Assembly (NCBI GenBank): GCA_964547465.1
Contig: CAZJNI010000002.1
Location: 6,043 to 70,042 of the forward strand
Direction: 5' to 3'
DNA from: an uncultured Gammaproteobacteria bacterium
Lineage (GTDB): Bacteria > Patescibacteriota > Microgenomatia > Daviesbacterales > UBA10151
DNA: 64,000 bases
Part shown: positions 29,402 through 38,893 of the stretch, piece after piece
Position numbering within the stretch: the stretch's first letter is position 1
How the letters are laid out: each line of letters starts with the position of its first letter
Translations under genes and position numbers: made by a program
The notes under the pieces: model-generated
Databases searched by the model: none
Told to the model about the DNA's origin: nothing
What the model saw: only the letters and a program-made list of their open reading frames with translations

Positions 29402-29516
29402 GGAGTCATAGCTCAGTTGGTTTACCCGTTCAAATTTTTGCAGAGCAAAAACTTGCGCGGGTAAAGAGCGCCGCATTCATCCGCGCGAATCTTAACAGAT
29501 TCGATCGGATTCACAT
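29402..29516 (+). pseudogene. tRNA-Val(CAC) 5' half interrupted by two hairpin insertions
   Basis: Removing 29423-29464 and 29480-29513 gives GGAGTCATAGCTCAGTTGGTTAGAGCGCCGCATTCACAT, 34/39 identical to the downstream tRNA-Val 5' half; no matching 3' half. Confidence 0.8.
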
Positions 29517-29523
29517 ATAAAAT

Positions 29524-29787
29524 ATGTATTATGTATACGTTCTTAGGAGCTTAAAGGATGGAAAGTTATATTCTGGGTATACATCCAATTTGAAGCAAAG
29601 ATTGGAATACCATAATAATGGTAAGGTAGAATCTACTAAATGGAGAAAACCTTTTGAGTTGATCTATTTTGAAGGGTATAATCATCATCAAGATGCAACT
29701 GCAAGAGAAAAGTTCTTTAAGACGCAATGGGGTAGGAATTATATAAGGAGGGTGTTAAAGAATTATTGGAAAGAAATGGACAAGTAG
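29524..29787 (+). CDS. Small stand-alone GIY-YIG nuclease
   Basis: YYVYVL.S...LYSGYT.NL..R...HN.G...T...P..L.Y.E......A..RE..K. Confidence 0.93.
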   Translation: MYYVYVLRSLKDGKLYSGYTSNLKQRLEYHNNGKVESTKWRKPFELIYFEGYNHHQDATAREKFFKTQWGRNYIRRVLKNYWKEMDK

Positions 29788-29851
29788 CTCAGTTGGTTAG
29801 AGCGTCGCATTCACATTGCGAAGGCCACAGGTCCGAGTCCTGTCTTGTCCA
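29778..29851 (+). tRNA. tRNA-Val(CAC)
   Basis: Acceptor GGACAAG/CTTGTCC, anticodon arm TCGCA-TTCACAT-TGCGA, T arm ACAGG-TCCGAGT-CCTGT. Confidence 0.9.
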
Positions 29852-29852
29852 C

Positions 29853-31502
29853 TTACAGGGATTTTGTTCGATTATTGTAGTATTCAGCAACTTTTTCATC
29901 AGTTGTGTACCATCTTCCTAAAAACCAAACAGCATCCAGTCTACCTCCATGTGCATGCGGGACAAGTGATTTATCAAAACTTGCAACCCTTTTGATTCCT
30001 GCTGGATAAATAATTTTATTCTCAATAGCTTTTCTAGCGATTGATAAAGCACCTGTAATACTATCTTCAGATTTGTCTAACCCCTTTTCTATATCAGTAC
30101 TTTTTTTGCCCTGCAGCTTTAAATTAACAATTTCTAATATGTAGGGAGACAAATTTACCTCTCTGATTTTCAGCCATTCATTAAATTGTCTTAGAAAAAT
30201 ATCAACTGCCAACTCAAAGTTATCTGGTTGAGGTAAATGACGTCTTTTTTTCCGAGGTAGCCTATGATCAGAAATGGCTTTAGCAGTCTTAAAAAACCAA
30301 TTCCGAAAATTCTCATGAGAATCATTTTCTGGCATATTCTCTAACTCAACTGCAGAAAAAAGTTCAATCTGTCTTTGTGATATTGAATTGATTACTTCAA
30401 TAGGTCTAATATTATTTTGTGACGCTGTGTAAGTAGTTAAAAATTCTTTCGCATCTTCTGGTTTAATAAACCACCAGCTACCTTTTTTAACTCCTGGTAA
30501 ATATCCGCTTGCTAGTGCCTCTGTTAATCTATTTTTCACAGCAGGAGTAGCTGGAAAATCACTTACTTGTTGATATTCTTTTCCGGGAGATTTTATTCTT
30601 CTTTTCGCTCTAATTCTTTTACTTCTAAATTCATTCAACCCTTCTTGGGTGATATAGATCCTTCCTTGAGTTCGGGTTAAAAGATGTTTATATCTAAATC
30701 CTAATAGGGTTCCATACTCATCTGACGTTGTTTGTTCAGCAAGAGGTAAAAATCCTTGTTCCAGCATTGATGTACTTAGTGTAACTCTTTTATAATGATA
30801 TCTTTGCACCCATTCATCCGTTGTATACCAGCGTCCTAGAAATTTTACTGCTTCTAAACCACCTCTGCTAGCTGCTGTTGCTAGGGAGCCATCTTGATAA
30901 TCAGCTAGTAGTCTAAATCCAGCTGGATAGAATAGATTTCCTTCAATTTTGTCTCTTGCCCTATACATTAAATTAAGTACTGCCCGTTGGGTAGATCCTA
31001 ACTCGTCTATAATTTCAGATATTCCTTTACCCGCTGTTCTTAGTTCTACAGCTTTTAATTGGGCGGGGGTTAGTAATTCGGTAAGTCTATCTTTAAACCT
31101 TGGCATCAAATCTATGAAAGTAGTCTCTGTTCTCTCTTTTGGTTGCCTAACAAAAGTATCCTCAAAAGATACACCACGTGTCCTGATAATTCTCCTTAAC
31201 TCCATATTTATATTTGCTCTAGCTATAGTAAATGTCCACTTGATAAATGTCTTTGTTGGATCCTTACCTTTCAGATCAAACTCAAAAGACGGAAGAGCAG
31301 CATACATTTCTGAAAGAGTATCTTGGGTAAGGTCTTCAGCTTCGTTTGGAAGACGACGTACTAAATATCTAAATAATTCTGGTCTTAAAAAACCATCTAA
31401 TTCAGCAAAAGCCCGCTCATCTCCAGCTTTTATTCTCTTAACCACCAATGGTATATCAATTGAAGGTTTTGGTGTCCCTCTGCCTTCTGCTTCTAAAGTC
31501 AT
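29853..31502 (-). CDS. ECF-like sigma factor with duplicated sigma4 and HTH (excisionase-like) modules
   Basis: GD.RAF.EL, AEDL.QD, F..W...IAR region 2; EI...LG....V.....RAR region 4 present twice; FLGRWYTTDE twice. Confidence 0.75.
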   Translation of the reverse strand: MTLEAEGRGTPKPSIDIPLVVKRIKAGDERAFAELDGFLRPELFRYLVRRLPNEAEDLTQDTLSEMYAALPSFEFDLKGKDPTKTFIKWTFTIARANINMELRRIIRTRGVSFEDTFVRQPKERTETTFIDLMPRFKDRLTELLTPAQLKAVELRTAGKGISEIIDELGSTQRAVLNLMYRARDKIEGNLFYPAGFRLLADYQDGSLATAASRGGLEAVKFLGRWYTTDEWVQRYHYKRVTLSTSMLEQGFLPLAEQTTSDEYGTLLGFRYKHLLTRTQGRIYITQEGLNEFRSKRIRAKRRIKSPGKEYQQVSDFPATPAVKNRLTEALASGYLPGVKKGSWWFIKPEDAKEFLTTYTASQNNIRPIEVINSISQRQIELFSAVELENMPENDSHENFRNWFFKTAKAISDHRLPRKKRRHLPQPDNFELAVDIFLRQFNEWLKIREVNLSPYILEIVNLKLQGKKSTDIEKGLDKSEDSITGALSIARKAIENKIIYPAGIKRVASFDKSLVPHAHGGRLDAVWFLGRWYTTDEKVAEYYNNRTKSL

Positions 31503-31551
31503 GAGATCATTATATAAAATGCCTATTTATAGTCAAATTAATTACATAAAT

Positions 31552-31641
31552 CATTACGGTAAACCTCAAGATATAGAGTGGGCAATTGATGATCAGGGGA
31601 AAATTTGGATTCTTCAGTCAAGGCCAATAACTACGCTTTAA
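31552..31641 (+). pseudogene. Fragment of a PEP synthase/PPDK N-terminal (ATP-grasp) domain
   Basis: HYGKPQDIEWAID..GKIWILQSRPITTL signature with no upstream domain. Confidence 0.8.
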
Positions 31642-31696
31642 ATTTTTATATATCTACTTATCCCATATCAGGTATGAGGATAAAGATTGAGAGATA

Positions 31697-32524
31697 TTAT
31701 TTCAATTTCTTTATTGATGCACTTCCAACAAGCGATTGCATTTGTGTAATAGCAACCTCATTTAGTTGTATTAAACGCTTACTTTGGGATAGACCAAGCC
31801 GGATAAGTTCGGCATTTATACCTTCCAAATTTGCCAATACCACCAATTGAGTTACATCTGCCCAGTCGCGGATATTGCCGTTTTTATTATGATTTTCATC
31901 TCGCCACTCCTTAGCTGTTTTTCCAAACAGCGCCATGTTGAGTACGTCTGCTTCACTGGCATAGATTACATTGGTTGATTGCTTTGATAGTTGGGGAGGG
32001 ATCAAGTACGCTTTAACCGCATCAGTTTGAATCTTGTAGTTAATTTTTGCCAAAGTCCGTTTTATATCCCAACCCAAGGCTAAGCGTTGATTTTCTTCCT
32101 CTTTTAATCGTTGAAACTCTTTAATGAGAAACAGCTTGAATTCAGCGCTAATCCAACTAGCAAACTCAAAAGCAATATCTTTATGAGCGAAAGTGCCGCC
32201 GCCATATCTACCTGATTTAGAAGTCATACCTGTCGCAGCAGTAGAATCTATCCATTTTTGGGGAGAAAGGACAAATGAATTGCTTCCTGATTCATTTTTA
32301 AACCCGTCGAATTCGACCAGTTTAAAATTTGGGTTGTTTATCTTCTCCCATAAACCAAGAAATTCAATAGTACTATGGGTTCTCATCCAATTTTTTACAA
32401 CATCTGCAGGCGCATCTTTGTTTTTCAGCTTGGCAATATCAGTGAGAGAAATGAAGTCTCCCTGATCCTTTTTTAGTATATAGATCTGTATGCCCTTGGT
32501 AATTATCTTTTTCATTTTAGGCAT
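31697..32524 (-). CDS. KilA-N domain DNA-binding protein
   Basis: DFISLTDIAK, KNWMR...T.EFLGLWE, SGRYGGGTFAHKDIAFEFASWIS. Confidence 0.9.
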   Translation of the reverse strand: MPKMKKIITKGIQIYILKKDQGDFISLTDIAKLKNKDAPADVVKNWMRTHSTIEFLGLWEKINNPNFKLVEFDGFKNESGSNSFVLSPQKWIDSTAATGMTSKSGRYGGGTFAHKDIAFEFASWISAEFKLFLIKEFQRLKEEENQRLALGWDIKRTLAKINYKIQTDAVKAYLIPPQLSKQSTNVIYASEADVLNMALFGKTAKEWRDENHNKNGNIRDWADVTQLVVLANLEGINAELIRLGLSQSKRLIQLNEVAITQMQSLVGSASIKKLK

Positions 32525-32664
32525 ATCTATACTTTATAACCAAATAATACCCGAAGTCAATAGAGAAAGTAGACCCACAAAAGCTAAAACTACTACAAAA
32601 GTTAATATGAAATTGTGCTAATTATTGTTAAAATAGTTGTCTAGAGATAATTTCTTCTAGGCCA

Positions 32665-34185
32665 ATGTATAAAATTTCAAAAAATATCCTTTATAATTTT
32701 TCGGGGCAAGTAACTCTACTAATTTTAACTATAGTTACAGCTCCCTTTATTATAAATTCCCTGGGTCATGATAAATATGGTATTTTTACTTTGGCTATTA
32801 CAGTTGTGGGTTATTTTTCTATTTTGGACTTAGGATTAGGTACCTCAATCATTAAATTTATATCAGATTCCCATTCAAGGCAGGATAAAGAGTCTTTAGA
32901 AAAAATTATCAACACCTCTTTAACTTCTTATACGGTAATTGGATTTTTGGGGGCAGTTTTGATTATATTATCTACTCAATTTATTGTAAGAGGGGCTCTG
33001 CATATTCCTTTAACCTTAATTCCCTTGGCCTTATCGGTTTTCTATATTAGTTCATTAGGTTTTTTTGTAAATATGATTTTGACAGTTTTTAATAGCATAC
33101 CTATTGCTTTAGAACGGATGGATATTACAAATAGCAGAAATATTATCTTTGGTCTTTTAAATACTTTAGGTATTGTTATACTTTTGATCCTTGGTCAGGA
33201 TCTTCTGACAGTAATTATATGGAGTATTTTAGTTTCAGTAGTCGCAACAGTAAGTTTTCTAAAGATAATTTTTGACCTTTTACCAAATATTAAGATAAAG
33301 TTTGGTTTTGATAAAGAAATATTTGTTAGGTTAATAAAATTTGGACTGTTTAAATCTATAGTTAATATAAGCGGTCAAATTGTTTTTCAGTTAGACAGAC
33401 TACTAATTGGTATTTTCCTTCCTATTGCATCTGTTACCTTTTATACTGTCCCTGCTATTTTGGCCCAAAGAGGTTTTTCAATACTCTTTAATGTTACAAG
33501 CGCTTTCTTTCCGGCTATTAGCTTCTCTCAAGCTAAGGATGATAAACAAAGAGTAAAAGATTTATATCTCCGTATGACAAAAATAATCATTTTGCTGATC
33601 TCCCCCCTTATGGCAATTATTTTTCTCCTTGCAGAAGATATTTTAGAGATTTGGTTAGGGTCTCAGTTTGCGTACCAAAGTACCTCAACCCTAAAAATAT
33701 TAACATTAGCTTATTTTCTAGCAGCTTTTTCTGCTCCGGGAGTAATTGTTTCAGATGCATCTAACAAACCTCAAATTCCAGCTATTTTTTCGATATTTAG
33801 TGCTGCGATAAACTTGATAGCAGCATTAATTTTAATACCGGTATTAGGCATAGAAGGTGCCGCTTGGGCACTCGTTATAAATTTTGCGGTTCAAGTTCCT
33901 GTATTTTTAATGATTGTTCATAAAAAAGTTCTAGGGATATCTCATCTTACTGTTATTGCTCAGTCAATAATAAAACCATTATTATCCGGGATTACTACAG
34001 CAGTAATTTTATATACCGCACTTAACTTCATTGATAGTCCAATCCAGCGTTTAGTAGCTATACCTATTCTTTTTGGTTTATTGTATATAGTTATAAACTA
34101 TCTTATTGGTACATTTGATGAGAGAGATAAGTTAATGGTTTTATTTTTTATAAACAGGTTTAAATTAATATTTCAAAGAAAATAA
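32665..34185 (+). CDS. Oligosaccharide flippase (Wzx/MOP family)
   Basis: Polytopic, LG...YG, LDLGLG, DRLLIG, G..GAA.A. Confidence 0.88.
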   Translation: MYKISKNILYNFSGQVTLLILTIVTAPFIINSLGHDKYGIFTLAITVVGYFSILDLGLGTSIIKFISDSHSRQDKESLEKIINTSLTSYTVIGFLGAVLIILSTQFIVRGALHIPLTLIPLALSVFYISSLGFFVNMILTVFNSIPIALERMDITNSRNIIFGLLNTLGIVILLILGQDLLTVIIWSILVSVVATVSFLKIIFDLLPNIKIKFGFDKEIFVRLIKFGLFKSIVNISGQIVFQLDRLLIGIFLPIASVTFYTVPAILAQRGFSILFNVTSAFFPAISFSQAKDDKQRVKDLYLRMTKIIILLISPLMAIIFLLAEDILEIWLGSQFAYQSTSTLKILTLAYFLAAFSAPGVIVSDASNKPQIPAIFSIFSAAINLIAALILIPVLGIEGAAWALVINFAVQVPVFLMIVHKKVLGISHLTVIAQSIIKPLLSGITTAVILYTALNFIDSPIQRLVAIPILFGLLYIVINYLIGTFDERDKLMVLFFINRFKLIFQRK

Positions 34186-34186
34186 A

Positions 34187-34789
34187 ATGGCAAAAAACTG
34201 GGCAACTTTTTACTCAAAATCCTTTGATTTTGAATTTTTGATCAGAAATACATATGTTCATCTTGATATGTTTAAGTCAATTTATAATGAACGCCCTAAA
34301 AGATTGCTTGAGGTTGGCGTTGGCAGCGGATCAATGTCCATCTTTTGGTCTTATTTAGGACTTAAATTATTTGCTTTGGATAATGATCCAAGAGTTTTGG
34401 AAAAAGCAAAATATATGTCAAAGAGTTTAAATGGTAATGTGAAATTTGTTTATGGGGATGCTTTTAAACTTCCATTTAAAGATAATTCTTTTGATGTGAT
34501 ATTTCATCAGGGACTCTTAGAACATTTTTCAGATGAAGAAATTATAAGACTCCTTAATGAGCAACTTAGAGTTGGAAAAGTAGCAGTTTTTAGTGTGCCC
34601 AATAATTTTTATAAGGAAAAAGATTTTGGTGATGAAAGATTATTATCTAAAAAAAATTGGGATAAATTTTTGAAAACAAATTTCAATTTAATTGAGAGTA
34701 AAAACTATAATCCTGTAAGAGAGAAGATCTTTAAAAAAATTCCATATAAAGTTGTAAATACGATGTACTATGCAAAAATAAAAAGATGA
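34187..34789 (+). CDS. Class I SAM-dependent methyltransferase
   Basis: LLEVGVGSG, GDAF.LPF.D.SFD, GLLEH. Confidence 0.9.
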   Translation: MAKNWATFYSKSFDFEFLIRNTYVHLDMFKSIYNERPKRLLEVGVGSGSMSIFWSYLGLKLFALDNDPRVLEKAKYMSKSLNGNVKFVYGDAFKLPFKDNSFDVIFHQGLLEHFSDEEIIRLLNEQLRVGKVAVFSVPNNFYKEKDFGDERLLSKKNWDKFLKTNFNLIESKNYNPVREKIFKKIPYKVVNTMYYAKIKR

Positions 34790-35970
34790 AAAATATAGTT
34801 CTAGATTTAAGATCTCTGGAGAGCCCAACCGGCAAAAGAGGAATAGGTTATTTTAACAAACATCTTTTTGAGGCTTTACTTTCAAATCCCCATCCTGATT
34901 TTAAATTTAATTTATTAACTTTTCCCGGGAGCAGTTTACCCAGTAAGTTTAAGGTAGGGCCGGAAGATAAATTTAGGTCAGTACCGGCTTTATTTTGGCC
35001 AAAAAAAGGGCTGCGCAAACTTGACCCTTTTTTTTCCCTATTTTGGCAGCGAACACTAAATCAGCTTAAGAGTGAACTTGTACATATACCATCCCTTTTT
35101 GAAACATATTACCTAAATGTGCCAAATAATATTAAATCTATTGTGACGCTTTATGATCTTATCCCTCTGCTTTTTCCAAAGCAATATTTTCAAAATGAAA
35201 AAGCTCATGTTTGGTATAAACAAAGATTAGAACAAGCAAAAAATGCTTCAAAAATTATCACCATTTCGCAATCATCTAAAAGAGATATTGCGGAATTTTT
35301 AAAAATTCCATCTGAAAAAATTGAAGTTGTTTATGGTGGAGTAGATGCGCGGTTTAAACCAATAGATAAGCAAAAAGTATCAAAAATTATCCAAAAATAT
35401 AAAATTAAGCGGCCTTATATCTTAACAGTCAGCACTCACAGTTTTCATAAAAATATTTCCAGGATTTTTCAAGCGTTTAAAGAATATATTAATACATCTT
35501 TAAATAATGATTTAAATTTAGCAGTTGTTTGTAAATTAATTCCCACAGAGCTGAAAGACTGGCAAAGAGAGCTTAAACAGCTGGGAATAGAAAAAAGAGT
35601 TATCTTAACTAATTTTGTTGAAGATGAGGATTTAGCCGCCATTTATTGTGGAGCTGAAGTCTTTCTGTTTCCATCATTATACGAGGGTTTAGGGTTACCG
35701 GTTTTGGAAGCTTTTGCTTGTGGTACTGTTGTGATTACCTCAAATGTTGCATCAATGCCGGAGGTGGGGGGTGATGCTGCTTTGTATGTAAATCCGGAAA
35801 GTGTGGAAAATATTAAATCTGCGATTGCTCAACTTTTAAACGATCAAATCTTAAAGCAGCAGCTAATCAAAAAAGGTTTCAGCCAGGTTAAGAAATTTAG
35901 CTGGAATAAAGCATCCAAACAAGTAATGCAAATTTATAAAGAAATAATCCAAAATAAAATTGGGGGATAA
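34786..35970 (+). CDS. GT4 glycosyltransferase
   Basis: YDLIP, HKN, FPSLYEGLGLPVLEA.ACG. Confidence 0.93.
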   Translation: MKNIVLDLRSLESPTGKRGIGYFNKHLFEALLSNPHPDFKFNLLTFPGSSLPSKFKVGPEDKFRSVPALFWPKKGLRKLDPFFSLFWQRTLNQLKSELVHIPSLFETYYLNVPNNIKSIVTLYDLIPLLFPKQYFQNEKAHVWYKQRLEQAKNASKIITISQSSKRDIAEFLKIPSEKIEVVYGGVDARFKPIDKQKVSKIIQKYKIKRPYILTVSTHSFHKNISRIFQAFKEYINTSLNNDLNLAVVCKLIPTELKDWQRELKQLGIEKRVILTNFVEDEDLAAIYCGAEVFLFPSLYEGLGLPVLEAFACGTVVITSNVASMPEVGGDAALYVNPESVENIKSAIAQLLNDQILKQQLIKKGFSQVKKFSWNKASKQVMQIYKEIIQNKIGG

Positions 35971-37058
35971 AATAAGCTGTTAGCAAAAAAGGAATGGATT
36001 AAAAGTCCAACAATGGCGGAAATCAAAGCAGGATTTTTAGGATATGAATATTTTAAGAGACTTATCAGAAATATAAAATAGATACTAAGCCCAACTATTC
36101 CTGTAGTTGATGCAATGAATAAAAGACTGGAATCATTACCGGTTGAGCCGTGACCTTTGATGAATTCCTCGTCCCCTAAATTATATTCTTTTAAAGCATA
36201 TCTGTATGCATTAAACCCTACCCCTAAAATTGGGGATTTTTGAAAAATAGTAAAACCCTGCTGCCAGGTATCAACACGGGATGCGGCTGACTGGGTTCTG
36301 TCTATATATCTTGGTCTTGCTACTAATTCTGTATAAATTTGAAATCCGAGTAACAGAACAAAAAATAAAATAATTACTGATAAGAAAAATATTCTTGATT
36401 TTTTTAAAAAAGAAAAGGTTACACCACTGATTAAAAACATTAAATAACTTGAACGGGAAAAAGTAGCTAATAGAGCTATATATACTATTGCCATTACTGA
36501 CAGTCTAATATTGTGGAGATTCTTAAATGACATCAGTAGTAGAAATGTTAAAACAAAATAAGCACCTGCAAAATTTGGATCCAAAAATGTGGAGACCACT
36601 CTAAAATAATGCGGATCCCACCCGCTGATTGTCAAAAATTGTAAATCCGGTAAAAAAATAAACTGTAATAATCCTAAAATAGCTAAGCCAACTCCGCTGG
36701 TTAAAAATGTATTAGTAAGATTTTTTTTAAAGTCTGCAAAGGCGCCTGAATAAATTATCCAGCCGCTCAATATGTATGAAGAAAATCTGATGGTGTAAAA
36801 AAAGCTTAACAGGTATTCAGTTTTAGTTAAATGAAGTGGCGTTAAGATAAGTGATATTGTACTGCTAGTCAAAAATAATCCTGCAATTTTAATAAAAAGG
36901 GGTGGGTTTTTTAACCTGAACCTTAATTTAAAAATTCCCATAAGACAAAAGCAAATAACAAAAAAATCAAGCAGGGTAGGACCAAGATTTCCAAGAAGTG
37001 GAAACTTTATTAACTGACCTGCTAAAATCGAAAGTAGTAAACTTAAGTTAAGTAACAT
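35934..37058 (-). CDS. O-antigen ligase-like membrane protein
   Basis: R..STFLDPNF.G, TFSRS, R...W.......PI.GVG. Confidence 0.82.
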   Translation of the reverse strand: MLLNLSLLLSILAGQLIKFPLLGNLGPTLLDFFVICFCLMGIFKLRFRLKNPPLFIKIAGLFLTSSTISLILTPLHLTKTEYLLSFFYTIRFSSYILSGWIIYSGAFADFKKNLTNTFLTSGVGLAILGLLQFIFLPDLQFLTISGWDPHYFRVVSTFLDPNFAGAYFVLTFLLLMSFKNLHNIRLSVMAIVYIALLATFSRSSYLMFLISGVTFSFLKKSRIFFLSVIILFFVLLLGFQIYTELVARPRYIDRTQSAASRVDTWQQGFTIFQKSPILGVGFNAYRYALKEYNLGDEEFIKGHGSTGNDSSLLFIASTTGIVGLSIYFIFLISLLKYSYPKNPALISAIVGLLIHSFFANSLFYPPILFWIISL

Positions 37059-37075
37059 GACCTAAATTATAGACT

Positions 37076-38137
37076 ATGAAACTATATCCTAACATAAGTT
37101 TAATTTTTTGTATCTGGACTTTATCGCTTTTAATGATATCTTTTTTTGGCTATTCTCTGCTTCCCCATTCTGAAAAAGCGGCTGCTGATTTTGTAAGCAA
37201 TTTATCAATTTGGGATGGAGGACATTATTTAAATATAGCAAAATATGGATACAGCGAAAAAATTCAATATGCTTTTTTCCCAATGTATCCTTTGCTAATT
37301 AGGGTTATTAATTTAGTTTTCCAAAATTACTTAATTTCAGGACTTTTAATAAGTGTAGTCAGTTCATTTTTAGCAATTCAAATACTTTATAAACTTGTCA
37401 TTTTGGATTTTGACAAAAAAATTGCTGAAAAAGTAATTCTATCTTTATTACTGTTTCCAACAGCTTTTTATTTTTTAATTGTTTACTCGGAAGGACTTTT
37501 TTTCCTTTTGACTGTTTCATCGTTCTACTTCTTAAGGAGGAATAAGCTTTTACTTGCAGTAATTTTTGCCAGTTTGGCATCTGCAACCAGGCTTTCGGGT
37601 TTAGCAGTAGTTTTGGCTATCTTAATAGATGTTCAAATAAATTATGGAATAAATAAAAAGAATTGGTTTGTTTTATTATCACCACTGGGATTTATTCTTT
37701 ATTGTTGGTTTCTTTTTCAACAAACTAATGATCCATTATATTTTCTTACAGCCGAAAACAATTGGCAAAGATATTTAACACTTCCCGGAATAAGTTTTTG
37801 GGAGTCAATAAGAAATATCTCTTCGGGTAATTTAAATTTGAATAATTTTAATATCTTTTTAGATCTTGTATTTTCTATATTTGGTTTAGGTTTTGTAATA
37901 AGAAGTTTTAGATTTTTACCATCAGTATATTCTTTTTATGGTACAATTTCTTTGGCTTTTCCGCTGTTCACTTCTACATTAATATCAATACCGAGATTTC
38001 TAGTAGTTTTATTCCCAATCTTTATTTTAATAGCGTTAATAAAAAATAAATATGTATCTTTGACTTATCAGGTAATCTCTTTAATGCTACTTTCACTTTT
38101 TGTAAGCCTTTTCATCAACGGATATTGGGTAAGTTAA
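37076..38137 (+). CDS. GT-C mannosyltransferase (PIG-V/GT76-like)
   Basis: WDGGHYL.IA..GY, AFFP.YP, YSEGLF, R..G, S.PRF..V.FP. Confidence 0.82.
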   Translation: MKLYPNISLIFCIWTLSLLMISFFGYSLLPHSEKAAADFVSNLSIWDGGHYLNIAKYGYSEKIQYAFFPMYPLLIRVINLVFQNYLISGLLISVVSSFLAIQILYKLVILDFDKKIAEKVILSLLLFPTAFYFLIVYSEGLFFLLTVSSFYFLRRNKLLLAVIFASLASATRLSGLAVVLAILIDVQINYGINKKNWFVLLSPLGFILYCWFLFQQTNDPLYFLTAENNWQRYLTLPGISFWESIRNISSGNLNLNNFNIFLDLVFSIFGLGFVIRSFRFLPSVYSFYGTISLAFPLFTSTLISIPRFLVVLFPIFILIALIKNKYVSLTYQVISLMLLSLFVSLFINGYWVS

Positions 38138-38865
38138 GGGGTGAAATTAATATTGCGGGAAATTTCCGTTGAATTTTGAGCGCTGTCCAAAGCCTTAATG
38201 GTAAAATTATTATCCCCATCATTTAAGGATTGATCAGAGGAAAAACTTCCATCTTGGTCAACAATTATTTGATTGCCGTTTATGAAAACTTTAGCACCTG
38301 CTTCTGTTTTACCGACAAACTTTATTTTTCTCTCACCCTGAATTTTCTTACTATCTTCAGGCTCACTTAAATCCAGAATAGGTTTTTCATTATCAAAAAT
38401 TATTTTAATTGTTTTAGAAGGTAGACTTTCATTACCCTTATCATCAACAGTTTTTCCATATATATTATTTGTGCCCAAACTTAAATCAATATTTTGAAAA
38501 TTGAATGAGCCATCAGAAGTGACATCTGCTGTTTGTTTTTCCTCATCATCCATAAAAAGTTTTACTTTCAAATCAGGTGTGGAATAGCCCTGGATATCAA
38601 TTTGGGTGCTACTGGTTGCCTCATACGGAATGTTTAAGACAGGAGGTGCCAGAGTTATTTGATTTTCTAAATTTAGTTTTTTGACAGTTGGATGAATAAA
38701 ATCCTTTACAGAACCAATTATTCCAATAAAATTTGGCAGAATCCAAAGTAAGGCGAGATAAGAAAAAATGATAACAAGTATTAAACTAATAATGAAATTG
38801 CGTTTGCTTTTGCCGGCTGCCCTTCTGATAGCACGGGGCCTATATTTATATGATCTGTAAGCCAT
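38134..38865 (-). CDS. Membrane-anchored bacterial Ig-like domain protein
   Basis: TM then two Ig-like repeats (L..G.N.I...A.D..GN.S). Confidence 0.75.
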   Translation of the reverse strand: MAYRSYKYRPRAIRRAAGKSKRNFIISLILVIIFSYLALLWILPNFIGIIGSVKDFIHPTVKKLNLENQITLAPPVLNIPYEATSSTQIDIQGYSTPDLKVKLFMDDEEKQTADVTSDGSFNFQNIDLSLGTNNIYGKTVDDKGNESLPSKTIKIIFDNEKPILDLSEPEDSKKIQGERKIKFVGKTEAGAKVFINGNQIIVDQDGSFSSDQSLNDGDNNFTIKALDSAQNSTEISRNINFTP

Positions 38866-38893
38866 TTGTAAATAGTATATAATAATCCAGCTT

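Noticed and set aside
29391-29408. Permuted tRNA (tgacttc upstream pairing with ggagtca)
   Set aside because: No T arm or anticodon 3' strand upstream; the region reads as a promoter, and a 7-bp pairing may be chance or a leader hairpin.
29402-29851. Single tRNA with a group I intron encoding a homing endonuclease
   Set aside because: No room or motifs for a group I core, and the upstream acceptor strand does not pair with the 3' half.
30949-31641. 230-aa plus-strand ORF
   Set aside because: Antisense shadow of the sigma gene; only the last 29 codons have a recognisable motif.
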